Position numbers and translations under genes: made by a program. From the NCBI GenBank assembly GCA_038823825.1, contig JAWBCC010000003.1, forward strand, positions 1-32,000: DNA of 32,000 nt. The letters are read 5' to 3'. The DNA comes from Candidatus Hadarchaeales archaeon. GTDB taxonomy: Archaea > Hadarchaeota > Hadarchaeia > Hadarchaeales > Hadarchaeaceae. How positions within the stretch are numbered: position 1 is the stretch's first letter; each line of letters starts with the position of its first letter. The notes under the pieces were generated by a model, which was not told the origin of the DNA, ran no database searches, and saw only the letters and a list, made by a program, of their open reading frames with translations. Shown one piece after another: positions 8,471 through 17,271 of this stretch.

Positions 8471-10264
8471 TCACTCAACGGTGACGGATTTCGCGAGAGA
8501 TCTCGGTCTGTCTGGATCTTGTCCGCGTCTGACCGTTATCTCGTACGCAAGGAGTTGGAGCGGAACGATGTAAACGGGAGGTGTGAAAATTTCATTGATT
8601 TTTGGCATTTTTATAACAACATCCGCATCGCCTTTTTCATCGGAAATCATAATCACCCTTGCGCCCCTTGCTCTGACCTCTTCAACGTTTCCCATTATTC
8701 GCCTTCTCATCTCGCCTGGTGGAGCGACGGCTATAACGGGTGTTCCTCTCTCGATGAGGGCAAGAGTTCCGTGCTTGAGTTCCCCAGCGGGCATAGCTTC
8801 AGCGTGTATGTAGGTGATCTCCTTTAGTTTGAGCGCTCCCTCCATGGCTATCGGATAACCGATTCCCCTTCCAATCACGTATATGTGCTGCGTATCCTTC
8901 AACTCCTCGGAAAGTCTTTTTGTCACTCCACTGGATTCTTTCAAGACGTTTTCCACCGTTTTGGGAAGAGCGAAAAGTTCTCGCCTTAATTCCGCGTATT
9001 CTTTGGCGGAGATTTTATCCATTTTTCTCGCAATCTTCAAGGAGAGCATGAGAAGAAAAGCGACTTGGGCAGCGAAAGTTTTCGTCGCGACGACGCTGAC
9101 TTCAGGTCCAGCGTGTGTCATGCAGACGATTTCGCTTTCACGGGTTATCGAGCTCCCGACGACGTTTGTCAGGCAGGCGATTTTTGCTCCTTGCGCCTTA
9201 GCAACCCTCACGGCCTTCAGAGTGTCTGCGGTCTCCCCTGATTGCGTTATGGCGAGGACGAGGGATTTCTCGTCAGTACGGCAACTCTCCGGAAATTCTG
9301 AGGAGATAATGGTGTCCACTGACAAGCCTGCGAGTTTTGCTAGGACGTACCTTCCAACTAGAGCAGCGTGATAGGATGTTCCACATGCAACGATGTATCT
9401 GTTCCTCGCGTCGATGAGCGCGTCCGCCAGTCTGTCAATCTCTTTTTCGGAGCTTCTGAGCGTCTCTTTTATCGCCTTGGGCTGTTCGTAAATCTCCTTG
9501 ATCGTGAAATGTGGGAAGCCTTCCTTTTCGGCGGATTCGATAGACCAGCGAACCAGGAAGGGCTTTCTCACAATTGTTCGATCCGCCGCGATTTCGGTTA
9601 TTCTAAAACCACTCTCATGTAGTACGACCATTTCTCCGTCCTCGATTACAACAACGCGTCTAGTGAAAGGCAGAAGAGCCGGGATGTCCGAGGCGAGGAA
9701 CATTCCGTTCTTTCCTACGCCAACGATCAGCGGGCTTTCCTTTCTAACCCCTATTAGCTTATCCGGTTCTGTGCTGCTCAGAATTCCGAGCGCATAGCTA
9801 CCCTCAAGTCTCTTCACGGCTTTTTTCACGCTTTCTTCCAGCGGGTTTCCCTTTTTTAAGTAAAACGAGATCAGGTTTGGTATAACTTCAGTGTCAGTAT
9901 CGGAGCGAAACTTGAAATCTCTCTCCAAGAGGAAATCTTTGAGCTCAAGATAGTTCTCGATTATGCCGTTGTGAACAACTGCAACGATTCCGTTTGAGTC
10001 TATGTGCGGATGGGCGTTTCGCTGTGATGGTTCGCCATGTGTGGCCCATCTTGTGTGAGCTAAACCGATCTTTCCGGGCATGGATGCAAAATTTAACTTT
10101 TTGTCGATTTCTGCAATTTTACCGCTATCCTTCTTCACATAGAAAGAGCCGTCAAAAGTGACCATTCCGGCGGAGTCATATCCCCTGTACTCCAGTCTTT
10201 TTAAGGCCTCCAGCAATATAGGTGCAGCGTTCGATTTTCCTATGTAACCGACTATTCCACACAT
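8471..10264 (-). CDS. glmS: Glutamine--fructose-6-phosphate aminotransferase (isomerizing)
   Basis: N-terminal MCGIVGY with catalytic Cys2, two SIS domains, and the C-terminal KSVTVE. The start is moved to ATG 10264 so that Cys follows Met. Confidence 0.95.
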   Translation of the reverse strand: MCGIVGYIGKSNAAPILLEALKRLEYRGYDSAGMVTFDGSFYVKKDSGKIAEIDKKLNFASMPGKIGLAHTRWATHGEPSQRNAHPHIDSNGIVAVVHNGIIENYLELKDFLLERDFKFRSDTDTEVIPNLISFYLKKGNPLEESVKKAVKRLEGSYALGILSSTEPDKLIGVRKESPLIVGVGKNGMFLASDIPALLPFTRRVVVIEDGEMVVLHESGFRITEIAADRTIVRKPFLVRWSIESAEKEGFPHFTIKEIYEQPKAIKETLRSSEKEIDRLADALIDARNRYIVACGTSYHAALVGRYVLAKLAGLSVDTIISSEFPESCRTDEKSLVLAITQSGETADTLKAVRVAKAQGAKIACLTNVVGSSITRESEIVCMTHAGPEVSVVATKTFAAQVAFLLMLSLKIARKMDKISAKEYAELRRELFALPKTVENVLKESSGVTKRLSEELKDTQHIYVIGRGIGYPIAMEGALKLKEITYIHAEAMPAGELKHGTLALIERGTPVIAVAPPGEMRRRIMGNVEEVRARGARVIMISDEKGDADVVIKMPKINEIFTPPVYIVPLQLLAYEITVRRGQDPDRPRSLAKSVTVE

Positions 10265-10287
10265 CTTGAAAAATTTCTTTTTCACCA

Positions 10288-10296
10288 CTTATTAAG
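10288..10296 (-). promoter_or_regulatory. TATA-like box (CTTAATAAG on the minus strand) about 26 nt upstream of the glmS ATG
   Basis: The position relative to ATG 10264 is consistent with a leaderless or near-leaderless transcript. Confidence 0.3.
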
Positions 10297-10393
10297 GATT
10301 GGTAAATTTTCAAACTCAGCGGGAAATGATGAAATGGGCTTTTTAGCAAACTCGGGCAACATTTTGTCCGGTTATTTACAGGAAAAGCAAAGC

Positions 10394-10783
10394 TTAGGCT
10401 TCCATCATTCGGATGAGTTCCAGCGTGCGTCTTTCTATTCTGTCTTTGGTTTCCTCTTCAGTTGCGGCTCCGGTCAGGAGAAGCCGGTAATCCTGCAAGT
10501 CTTCGATAAGGAGATCTACAACATCGATGTCTAGCAGACCGGCATGAATGGTGATTTTTAGGGTAAAGAAAGCCTTGAATATCGCATCTCTTCCTTTTTT
10601 CCAGCATTTCCAAGCCGCGGGCTGTTTTACGCCCAACCTTTTAGAAATCTCCTCGAAGGTCAGCTCTGGGTTACGAGATTTCAAGAGAAGTGCTCTAAAT
10701 GTGCGTTTTTTGAGGTATGAGCGTTTGAGAAGCTCCCGGACGAAAAGACTTTCCTCGACTCCAGCACTTGATCTCTTTTTCAA
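10394..10783 (-). CDS. Small HTH protein, Tfx / sigma-70 region 4 / LuxR-like (129 aa)
   Basis: LKKRTFRALLLKSRNPELTFEEISKRLGVKQPAAWKCWKKGRDAIFKA follows the Tfx-type pattern. TTG start is preceded by GGGAGA. Third gene of the operon. Confidence 0.5.
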   Translation of the reverse strand: MKKRSSAGVEESLFVRELLKRSYLKKRTFRALLLKSRNPELTFEEISKRLGVKQPAAWKCWKKGRDAIFKAFFTLKITIHAGLLDIDVVDLLIEDLQDYRLLLTGAATEEETKDRIERRTLELIRMMEA

Positions 10784-10822
10784 GGTTCTCCCATTTTAAT
10801 TCCAATTTTTGGAAGTAAAAAG

Positions 10823-11719
10823 CTATCTCTTTCGTAAGAATATCTTAGCGAGTCTTTCTCGCAGAGTCTCTCGGTTTGCCATCCTCACTATCTGCGCATT
10901 GATTGGACTGCTCCAAATCGCGGCTAGCCGAAGAGCCTTGCTTGCAGCAGCGAGAATCTGCCTAGGAACACCCTTGCTAACCTTGTAGATCTCTTGAAAA
11001 CCGTCGGCCGTTATGGGTCCACTCATAAAATCTCGCTCTTCTCTAGAGCAATAGCGCATTCTGGCTATTAGGAGTTCTCTGACTTCCGGCAGGGTGAGAG
11101 GGCGAAGTTTCATACGAAAATAAACTCTATCTTTGAGAGCAGGGATTTTTTCCAAAAAATTCTCCATTCTTTTTTCTTCTCCGTTTAAAAGAAGCGAAAT
11201 TCCTGGCAAATCAGCCAAAACTCGGAAAAATTCGCCCAATTCTTTAAAATTTGCCGTGCTTTCCGGGACATCGTCGACGATTATCGCCAGCTTCTCCTTC
11301 TGTTCAATCCCCCATTTTCTAAGAACTTCGAACATTTTGACGGAATCCATATTGGAGTCAAGTTCCAAGCCCAAGATTATCGCTCGGAGGAATTCTTCCG
11401 CAGATCGATATGCGGCTCCGTGAATCATGACAGGAATCACTTGTCTTGCTGGATCTTGGAAAACCACGTTTTCCTCCCGCAGAGCGGCTGTTAGGAATTT
11501 ACACACTGCGGTTTTTCCCATCCCTAAACCGCCGGTCAAAACGGCCACTCGTCCCTCCATAAGAACCTCCTTCAATTTTATCAGCTCTTCGCGTTGTGAC
11601 GGGACAAAAGCCTCCGGCGCGGGAAGATCTGGAGTAAATGGGTCTCTTTCCAGCCCCCACACGTGAAGATAAATTTCAAGTCTGTAGTCCTTTCCGAGCT
11701 TCTCCTGCCAGATCGTCAT
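10823..11719 (-). CDS. AAA+ ATPase, ExeA/AAA_22- and Orc1/Cdc6-like, 298 aa, without a winged-helix domain
   Basis: N-terminal WGLERDPFTP (ExeA-like 'fGL..PF'). Walker A GGLGMGKT, Walker B LAIIVDDV, lid motif SKGVPRQILAAASKALRLAA. ATG 11719 overlaps the upstream stop as ATGA, so the ORF-track start at 11794 is rejected. Confidence 0.7.
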   Translation of the reverse strand: MTIWQEKLGKDYRLEIYLHVWGLERDPFTPDLPAPEAFVPSQREELIKLKEVLMEGRVAVLTGGLGMGKTAVCKFLTAALREENVVFQDPARQVIPVMIHGAAYRSAEEFLRAIILGLELDSNMDSVKMFEVLRKWGIEQKEKLAIIVDDVPESTANFKELGEFFRVLADLPGISLLLNGEEKRMENFLEKIPALKDRVYFRMKLRPLTLPEVRELLIARMRYCSREERDFMSGPITADGFQEIYKVSKGVPRQILAAASKALRLAAIWSSPINAQIVRMANRETLRERLAKIFLRKR

Positions 11720-12423
11720 TCGACCACTTTTATCTTTATTTCGTAACCTAACTCTGTTTTTTGTAGATATCCGAGCGCTTCCATCCTTTCGCAAAATGTT
11801 CTGACTACGGGTTCTGGTGACTTTGACTGAACCACAAGCTCTTTTAGAGAAAACTTATTTAAAACGAGCGCCGCCGAAAGAATTTCGCCAAAAGCTACTC
11901 TTTGAGCAATACCTGACGGAGAAAGGTCATTTAGAATTTTTTTCCTAGTTATTTTTTCCTGTTCTTCGATTTTTTCTTCTAAAATCTCTTTTTTCTCAGA
12001 AACTTCTTTAAATTCCGAGCATTTTCGACAAACCGTCATTAAATTTCCTTCAATTATGCCGAGTCCGGGGTCCTTCTCTTTCAGTGCGAGATCTTCGGAA
12101 CTTCCACAAATCCTGCAGCGGTATCCATCTCGCACGAAAATTGCTCGCTTTACGAGCTCGTGATCGTTCTTACAATGCGTGAAAACAAAATCGAGGAAAG
12201 CTCTGAGTCCTTTTTCGTAATCGGTTTCAGAAGAAACAGGAGAAATTTGTGCTTCTTTTCTCATTAAGCGGGTTATTTCACTCGCTGGAATCCTTCTGTG
12301 ACCTCCTCCAATTCTCACAATTTTTATTTTTCCCTCCCTTTCCCACCTTCTTATCGTGTTCGGGTGAACTCCCAAGAGAGATGAAGCTTCTCCTATTTTG
12401 TACAATTTCTCACTAAAGTTCAT
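11716..12423 (-). CDS. Composite DNA-binding protein: excisionase/MerR-type HTH, degenerate HNH-like zinc ribbon, coiled coil and C-terminal winged-helix-like region (235 aa)
   Basis: YKIGEASSLLGVHPNTIRRWEREGKIKIVRIGGGHRRI matches the HTH_17/excisionase pattern. RDGYRCRICG..LALKEKDP..GNLMTVCRKCSEFK keeps CxxC..CxxC and the Asn but lacks both HNH histidines. Contains a Glu/Lys-rich helix. Confidence 0.6.
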   Translation of the reverse strand: MNFSEKLYKIGEASSLLGVHPNTIRRWEREGKIKIVRIGGGHRRIPASEITRLMRKEAQISPVSSETDYEKGLRAFLDFVFTHCKNDHELVKRAIFVRDGYRCRICGSSEDLALKEKDPGLGIIEGNLMTVCRKCSEFKEVSEKKEILEEKIEEQEKITRKKILNDLSPSGIAQRVAFGEILSAALVLNKFSLKELVVQSKSPEPVVRTFCERMEALGYLQKTELGYEIKIKVVE

Positions 12424-12446
12424 CAAAATTTATTTACGAAATCTAA

Positions 12447-12455
12447 CTATTTAAG
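12447..12455 (-). promoter_or_regulatory. TATA-like box (CTTAAATAG on the minus strand) about 26 nt upstream of ATG 12423
   Basis: Position only. It implies a leaderless operon transcript. Confidence 0.35.
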
Positions 12456-12474
12456 ACTTTTTCTAACAATGTGG

Positions 12475-12488
12475 TTAAATTTTGGCAA
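12475..12488 (+). promoter_or_regulatory. Orphan copy of the 14-nt motif TTAAATTTTGGCAA (promoter-like or operator)
   Basis: Differs by 1 nt from the copy at 12566-12579. No annotated gene lies downstream before the second copy. Confidence 0.3.
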
Positions 12489-12565
12489 GTTTGATAGAAT
12501 GTGACATGAGGTCAGAGCCCCGAAGAAATCATCAAATCTAACCGAATTCAACAAAACCACAATTG

Positions 12566-12579
12566 TTAAATTTTGTCAA
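12566..12579 (+). promoter_or_regulatory. TTAAATTTTGTCAA: TATA-like box about 26 nt upstream of the PHP gene ATG
   Basis: The box centre plus ~26 nt falls at about 12597, and the ATG is at 12598. Confidence 0.4.
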
Positions 12580-12597
12580 ATCTTAAGTTAGAGAACA

Positions 12598-13287
12598 ATG
12601 AAAGCAGATCTGCACGTGCATACAGAATTCTCCGATGGCAGGGATCCGCCAGAGGTAATGATAGAAGCGGCAGAGGCTCGCGGCCTAAAGCTTTTAGCTA
12701 TAACGGATCATGGACCAGCCCTACACGTTGGCATGAAAGAAAACGAGATCTCTGGCTACCTCTCCACACTTGAAAATCTAAGGGAGAATGCGAAGCTGAA
12801 ACTGCTTGTCGGAATAGAGGCCAACGTCTTAAACGAGTCTGGTGATATAGACATTGAGGAAGAAACCAGGGAAAAATTGGATATTTTAGTTCTCGGCATA
12901 CACAGGCTATGGTTTGTTTCTGATCCAAGGGAAATGGCTCTTGCCTATTTGAGGTCCCTCGTGAACGCAATCAAGAAGCACAAAATCGATGTGGTTGCTC
13001 ACCCATTTCAATTTCACGGAGATCTTTCAAGATTTTTGACGATAGACGAAATCAGAGAGCTTCTCGAGGTAGCCGCCAATTGCGGAACAGCCATCGAGGT
13101 CAATGAGAAATACAGGGCGCCAGGAGAGGATTTCTATCGTGCTTGTCTTGAGAATGGAGTCATGCTGAGTGTAGGGACGGATTCTCACCGCGCCGAAAGC
13201 GTTGGGAGGCTTGACTGGGTTTCAGGAATGCTCGAGAAAATAGGGGTATCAGAAGGAGATCTTTTATACACCCGTTTTCTCCGTTAA
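12598..13287 (+). CDS. PHP-family metal-dependent phosphoesterase (histidinol-phosphatase-like, COG1387-type)
   Basis: N-terminal MKADLHVHTEFSDG..ITDHGP, followed by further His/Asp motifs (GIH, AHP, GTDSH). Confidence 0.75.
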   Translation: MKADLHVHTEFSDGRDPPEVMIEAAEARGLKLLAITDHGPALHVGMKENEISGYLSTLENLRENAKLKLLVGIEANVLNESGDIDIEEETREKLDILVLGIHRLWFVSDPREMALAYLRSLVNAIKKHKIDVVAHPFQFHGDLSRFLTIDEIRELLEVAANCGTAIEVNEKYRAPGEDFYRACLENGVMLSVGTDSHRAESVGRLDWVSGMLEKIGVSEGDLLYTRFLR

Positions 13288-13334
13288 GTTACTCTTGAAA
13301 GGTAATCTATCACCTCAGCGGAGTTTACAAAATG

Positions 13335-14345
13335 TCAACATATTCTGGGTATGGGGTCTCCAACTGGCGCATTGAGTATTCTATGCCCTCCAACTGTGGT
13401 TCTAACGAGAACTCTCCCTGGATGCTCGCCAACAACTTCTCCGATTATCTTTGCTTCTTTCCCGTGGAGAGTTTTTCTAATCGCCGCCAAAACTTCTTCA
13501 GCCCTATCCCTGTCTACACCGATGAGAACCTTGCCCTCGTTTGTCAAGGTGAGAAAATCGATGCCCAAGGTTTCGCAAAGGGCTCTCACTGGCTCTTTCA
13601 CTGGGATTTCTTCCTCCCATATCACTATCCCTACCCCAGATTTCGAGGCCATCTCGTTTAGAGCAGACGCCAAACCACCTCTTGTCGGATCCTTCATAGC
13701 TGAAATACCCCCGACAGCAAGCGCCGCTTCAACAACATCCCAGACCGGCGCCACGTCAGACCTTAAATCTTCAAATTCGAAGTTGTTTCTCTCCGCCAAA
13801 ATGGTCGCTCCGTGATCCCCTACCGTTCCGCTCAGGATTATCATCTGTCCAGGTTTGAGCATGGAATCCGTCTTAACAGAATCTGCGATACCGACTCCTG
13901 TTGTCGTAATGACTATTCCATCCAGGCTTCCCTTTTCCATCACTTTGAAATCTCCAGTCACGATAGGTACGCCAACCTCTTTCGCCGTTTCGTTCATGGA
14001 CTTGCAGATTTTTCTGAAATCATCAATCCTGAAACCTTCTTCAACGACGACTGCTGATGCGATTGCGAGAGGTCTCCCACCCATGACGGCAAGGTCGTTT
14101 ACCGTTCCGCTCACAGCCAGTCTACCTATGTCTCCACCAGGGAAGAAGATCGGCTTGACCGTGTGAGAATCCGTCGTGAAGACGAGGGTTTTGTCCTCAA
14201 TGTCGACAGTAGCTCCGTCATCCATCTCGTCAAGCCCAACTCTACCGGCTCTCTTGAGCTCAAAGTCTTTCAGAACGGTTTCCATCAGAAGCCTCATCAT
14301 TGCCGTTCCGCCGCCACCATGCTCGAGTCTTATCCTTTCATCCAT
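13335..14345 (-). CDS. hypE: Hydrogenase maturation protein HypE (carbamoyl dehydratase)
   Basis: PurM-like fold motifs and the diagnostic C-terminal PRIC. ATG 14345 (MDERIRLEHGGGG) is preferred over the TTG one codon upstream. Confidence 0.95.
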   Translation of the reverse strand: MDERIRLEHGGGGTAMMRLLMETVLKDFELKRAGRVGLDEMDDGATVDIEDKTLVFTTDSHTVKPIFFPGGDIGRLAVSGTVNDLAVMGGRPLAIASAVVVEEGFRIDDFRKICKSMNETAKEVGVPIVTGDFKVMEKGSLDGIVITTTGVGIADSVKTDSMLKPGQMIILSGTVGDHGATILAERNNFEFEDLRSDVAPVWDVVEAALAVGGISAMKDPTRGGLASALNEMASKSGVGIVIWEEEIPVKEPVRALCETLGIDFLTLTNEGKVLIGVDRDRAEEVLAAIRKTLHGKEAKIIGEVVGEHPGRVLVRTTVGGHRILNAPVGDPIPRIC

Positions 14346-14435
14346 CAATTCTAACCTTTCAGCCCCAAGACTAAAAACTACATTCTATCAGAGGTTGCTC
14401 CATAGTTAAACTCCGTGGCGACCGAAGGAGAGAAG

Positions 14436-14443
14436 TTAAATAT
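14436..14443 (+). promoter_or_regulatory. TATA-like box TTAAATAT about 27 nt upstream of hypF ATG 14470
   Basis: Third copy of the same octamer. It supports ATG 14470 rather than TTG 14443 as the hypF start. Confidence 0.4.
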
Positions 14444-14469
14444 TGCTCGGAGTTGCTTTATTCAAAGGG

Positions 14470-16776
14470 ATGCGAACGGAAGCCCGCGCTGAAATTTTTG
14501 TGAGAGGACTCGTTCAGGGTGTGGGTTTCAGACCCTTCTGTCACCGTCTAGCCTCCAAACTCGGACTCGCCGGCACTGTGAGAAATCTTGGGGATGCCGG
14601 TGTCCATCTAATTTTGGAGGGTGAAAAGGGAAAAATCGAGGAATTTCTCGAAACAATGTTCCATGACCACCCTCCTCTAGCCAAGATCTTGGAGGTTGAA
14701 GTCAGGCTGTCGAAAGCACGCGGAGAATTCAAAGAGTTCATCGTTTCGAAAAGTGAGCCTTCTTCATTCGGAAAAATCTCTCTAGTCCCTCCAGACATCA
14801 CGATATGTGAAAAATGTCTATCCGAAATCGAAAATCCATCCGACAGGAGATACAGATATCCGTTCACGACATGCGTTGACTGTGGTCCGAGATTTACGAT
14901 AATCGAAAGCCTCCCTTACGATAGGGAAGGGACTTCTATGAAAGATTTTCCCCTTTGTTCGGACTGCTCGCTGGAGTATCACAATCCGGAAGACAGGAGA
15001 TATAGGGCGGAGCCCACCTGTTGCCCAAAATGCGGTCCAAAAGTTTTTCTTTTAAACTCTGATGGTCGTCCGATATCTGCTGGAGATCCTCTTCTGGAAA
15101 CCGCGAAACTTCTCGACGAAGGATTCATAGTCGCGATAAAGGGGATCGGCGGGACGCATGTGGCTGCAAAGACAACAGACGACGATGTTCTTATTAGACT
15201 GAGGAAAAACTTCTGCAGACCTCAACAACCATTCGCCGTAATGAGTCTAAATCTCGAAAGAATCAGAACGTTTGCGGAGGTGGATCAAAAAGCGGAGAGT
15301 CTTCTGGCTTCAGTTCAACGACCGATTGTTCTGCTCAAGAAAAAAAGAGATTTTCCGCTCTCGGACCTCGTTTCTCCAGGGCTTGACACGATTGGTGTGA
15401 TGCTCCCTTACAGCGGGATCCACCACCTCATCCTCTCTGAAGGTAAGGACCCAGCATACATAATGACGAGTGCGAACCTTCCCGGTCTTCCAATGGTAAT
15501 CGATAACAGCGAAGCTCTCTCTGCCCTGCGTGGACTTGTTGACTATTTCCTCCTCCATGACCGCCGCATAGTTAACAGATGCGATGATTCTGTTGTGAGG
15601 TTCACGGCCGATGGTTACGTTTTCATCAGGAGGTCGCGGGGTTATGCTCCGCTCCCACTCGAGATGAAGTTTAGATTTGGGAAGGGCATAGCCGCTCTAG
15701 GCGGAGATCTTTGCGTAACCGGAGCGGTCACGAAAGATGGCAAATGCTTCCTCACTCAGCACATTGGTGACGTGAGCAAATTCGAAACTCTCCTTTACTT
15801 GCGTGCTGCCGTCCACAGGCTGATCGACCTTCTGAAAATAGAGAAAATAGACGTCGTAGTCTGCGACATGCATCCGGCTTACTCGACGACCGGGGAAGCC
15901 AAAAGGCTCGCAGATGAAACAGGAGCGGAAATCGTGCAGGTCCAGCACCATCATGCCCATCTTGCAGGTCTTGCCGCCGAGTATGGTCTCGATGAACTCT
16001 TGGGAATTGCAGCGGATGGAGCAGGTTACGGGCTTGATGGAACAATCTGGGGAGGAGAGGTTCTTCTCATTCAAAAAGAAAGATTTGAGAAGATCGGTGG
16101 TCTGAAGGCTTGCTCGATGCCGGGCGGAGATCTTGCCACGATATACCCGGCCAGAATGGTGGCAGGAATCCTCTGGGATGCTTTGTCGAAGGAAGAGCTT
16201 CGTGAGATTCTCGTAGAGTTCTGTCTTCAAGGCTTCCCGAGAGGGGAGAAGGAAATCGAGGTGTTGCTTGCCCAGCTAAACCGCAAAGTCAACGTTCCTC
16301 TCACTTCGAGTCTTGGGAGACTTCTCGACGCATCGTCCTGCCTGCTTGGAATCTGTTCAGCAAGAACTTATGAGGGCGAACCAGCGATGAAGCTGGAAGC
16401 TTTGGCCTCCGCCGGAGATCCTTCACGCTTTCGTCCAGAAATCGAGAGAAGCGGAAACTTTGTAGACCAGGCTTCTCTCCTTCTTCAGGTTGTTGAGGCA
16501 CTGAGGGCGGGAGTGAAAAAATCGGATATCGCAGCCGGTGTTCAGGCTTCGGTCGCTCGAGCTCTTGCGGAAATCGCCGTGGAAAAGGCGGAGGAATTAG
16601 GAATCAAAACAGTTGGCGTTTCGGGTGGCGTGTTTTACAACGACGCTATTGCAAGAACTGTCAAAGAGGTCGTAGAAAGAAGGGGTCTTAGGTTTCTGAT
16701 TTCCAGACAGATCCCTTTGGGAGACGGTGGGATTTCTGCGGGTCAGGCAGTTGTTGCTTCCTTCCTTACCTCATGA
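14470..16776 (+). CDS. hypF: Carbamoyltransferase HypF
   Basis: Acylphosphatase domain (VRGLVQGVGFRPF), two zinc-finger motifs (CEKC..CVDCGPRFTI, CSDC..CCPKCGP), and YrdC-like and Kae1-like domains. Confidence 0.95.
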   Translation: MRTEARAEIFVRGLVQGVGFRPFCHRLASKLGLAGTVRNLGDAGVHLILEGEKGKIEEFLETMFHDHPPLAKILEVEVRLSKARGEFKEFIVSKSEPSSFGKISLVPPDITICEKCLSEIENPSDRRYRYPFTTCVDCGPRFTIIESLPYDREGTSMKDFPLCSDCSLEYHNPEDRRYRAEPTCCPKCGPKVFLLNSDGRPISAGDPLLETAKLLDEGFIVAIKGIGGTHVAAKTTDDDVLIRLRKNFCRPQQPFAVMSLNLERIRTFAEVDQKAESLLASVQRPIVLLKKKRDFPLSDLVSPGLDTIGVMLPYSGIHHLILSEGKDPAYIMTSANLPGLPMVIDNSEALSALRGLVDYFLLHDRRIVNRCDDSVVRFTADGYVFIRRSRGYAPLPLEMKFRFGKGIAALGGDLCVTGAVTKDGKCFLTQHIGDVSKFETLLYLRAAVHRLIDLLKIEKIDVVVCDMHPAYSTTGEAKRLADETGAEIVQVQHHHAHLAGLAAEYGLDELLGIAADGAGYGLDGTIWGGEVLLIQKERFEKIGGLKACSMPGGDLATIYPARMVAGILWDALSKEELREILVEFCLQGFPRGEKEIEVLLAQLNRKVNVPLTSSLGRLLDASSCLLGICSARTYEGEPAMKLEALASAGDPSRFRPEIERSGNFVDQASLLLQVVEALRAGVKKSDIAAGVQASVARALAEIAVEKAEELGIKTVGVSGGVFYNDAIARTVKEVVERRGLRFLISRQIPLGDGGISAGQAVVASFLTS

Positions 16777-17170
16777 ACGGAATGAGCTTAAGCTGCTTGA
16801 CGCCTCTCATCGATTCTATTCTCGAGGCAAGCTTATTGATGTCTTTAACTTTTCCGCACACAAGGAGAACTTCAAGGCAGTTTCTCTCGTCGATGTGCAA
16901 GTGTAAACTTGATGCGATTGAGCTTTTTGATTCGTGCTGGATATCCGTCAGCTCATCGGAAATCCCCTTGACTTCATGATCGTAAAGGAATGCTAGGACG
17001 CCAACGATTTCTCCCTCCAGTTCTTTTCTCAATTTCTGTTCTATGAGAAAACTCCTGAGCGCGTCCCTTATCGCCTCAGACCTGCTCGCATACTTGCTTT
17101 TCTCTAGGAATTCGTCCAACTCCTTCAAGAGATCTGACGGAATAGTCAGGCTGATTCGTTCTAGGTTCAT
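16766..17170 (-). CDS. nikR: Nickel-responsive regulator NikR (RHH plus ACT-like nickel-binding domain)
   Basis: RISLTIPSDLLKELD..RSEAIRDALR forms the RHH. LHLHIDERNCLEV matches the E. coli NikR H87/H89/C95 segment HVHINHDDCLEI. The 3' end overlaps hypF by 11 nt (convergent). Confidence 0.9.
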   Translation of the reverse strand: MNLERISLTIPSDLLKELDEFLEKSKYASRSEAIRDALRSFLIEQKLRKELEGEIVGVLAFLYDHEVKGISDELTDIQHESKSSIASSLHLHIDERNCLEVLLVCGKVKDINKLASRIESMRGVKQLKLIPFMR

Positions 17171-17271
17171 TCATCTTATAAGTCTCTTTGGTTTCTTTTC
17201 ATCTTTATGGCGGTTCGGCTTGAAGGAACTTGCCTGAATGTTTGGAGTATAATCTGAATTTGAATATTACC

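Noticed and set aside
8519-9797. Several 76-162-aa plus-strand ORFs inside glmS, with similar shadow ORFs inside hypE (13351-14409), hypF (15310-16501), carB (23834-26858) and nreA/radical SAM (27113-28872)
   Set aside because: All overlap confidently identified genes on the opposite strand or in another frame. Their translations are compositionally odd (Ser/Arg/Pro-rich) and show no motifs.
10300-10315. GGTAAATTTTCAAAC resembles the TTAAATTTTGNCAA motif at 12475 and 12566, so the three-gene operon might be flanked by direct repeats (insertion scars)
   Set aside because: The match needs two indels and consists of AT-rich promoter-like sequence, which recurs by chance in archaeal intergenic DNA. 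It is not strong enough to call element boundaries.
10327-10333. ATGATGA, a C-box-like heptamer, in the glmS upstream region: possible C/D box sRNA
   Set aside because: There is no D box (CTGA) at the appropriate distance, no C'/D' pair and no terminal stem. The CTGA/ATGA-like strings at 26950-26960 and 17225-17250 are likewise isolated.
16766-16776. 11-nt convergent overlap of the hypF and nikR 3' ends
   Set aside because: Small convergent overlaps are common in compact archaeal genomes. No structure or motif suggests a special regulatory role.
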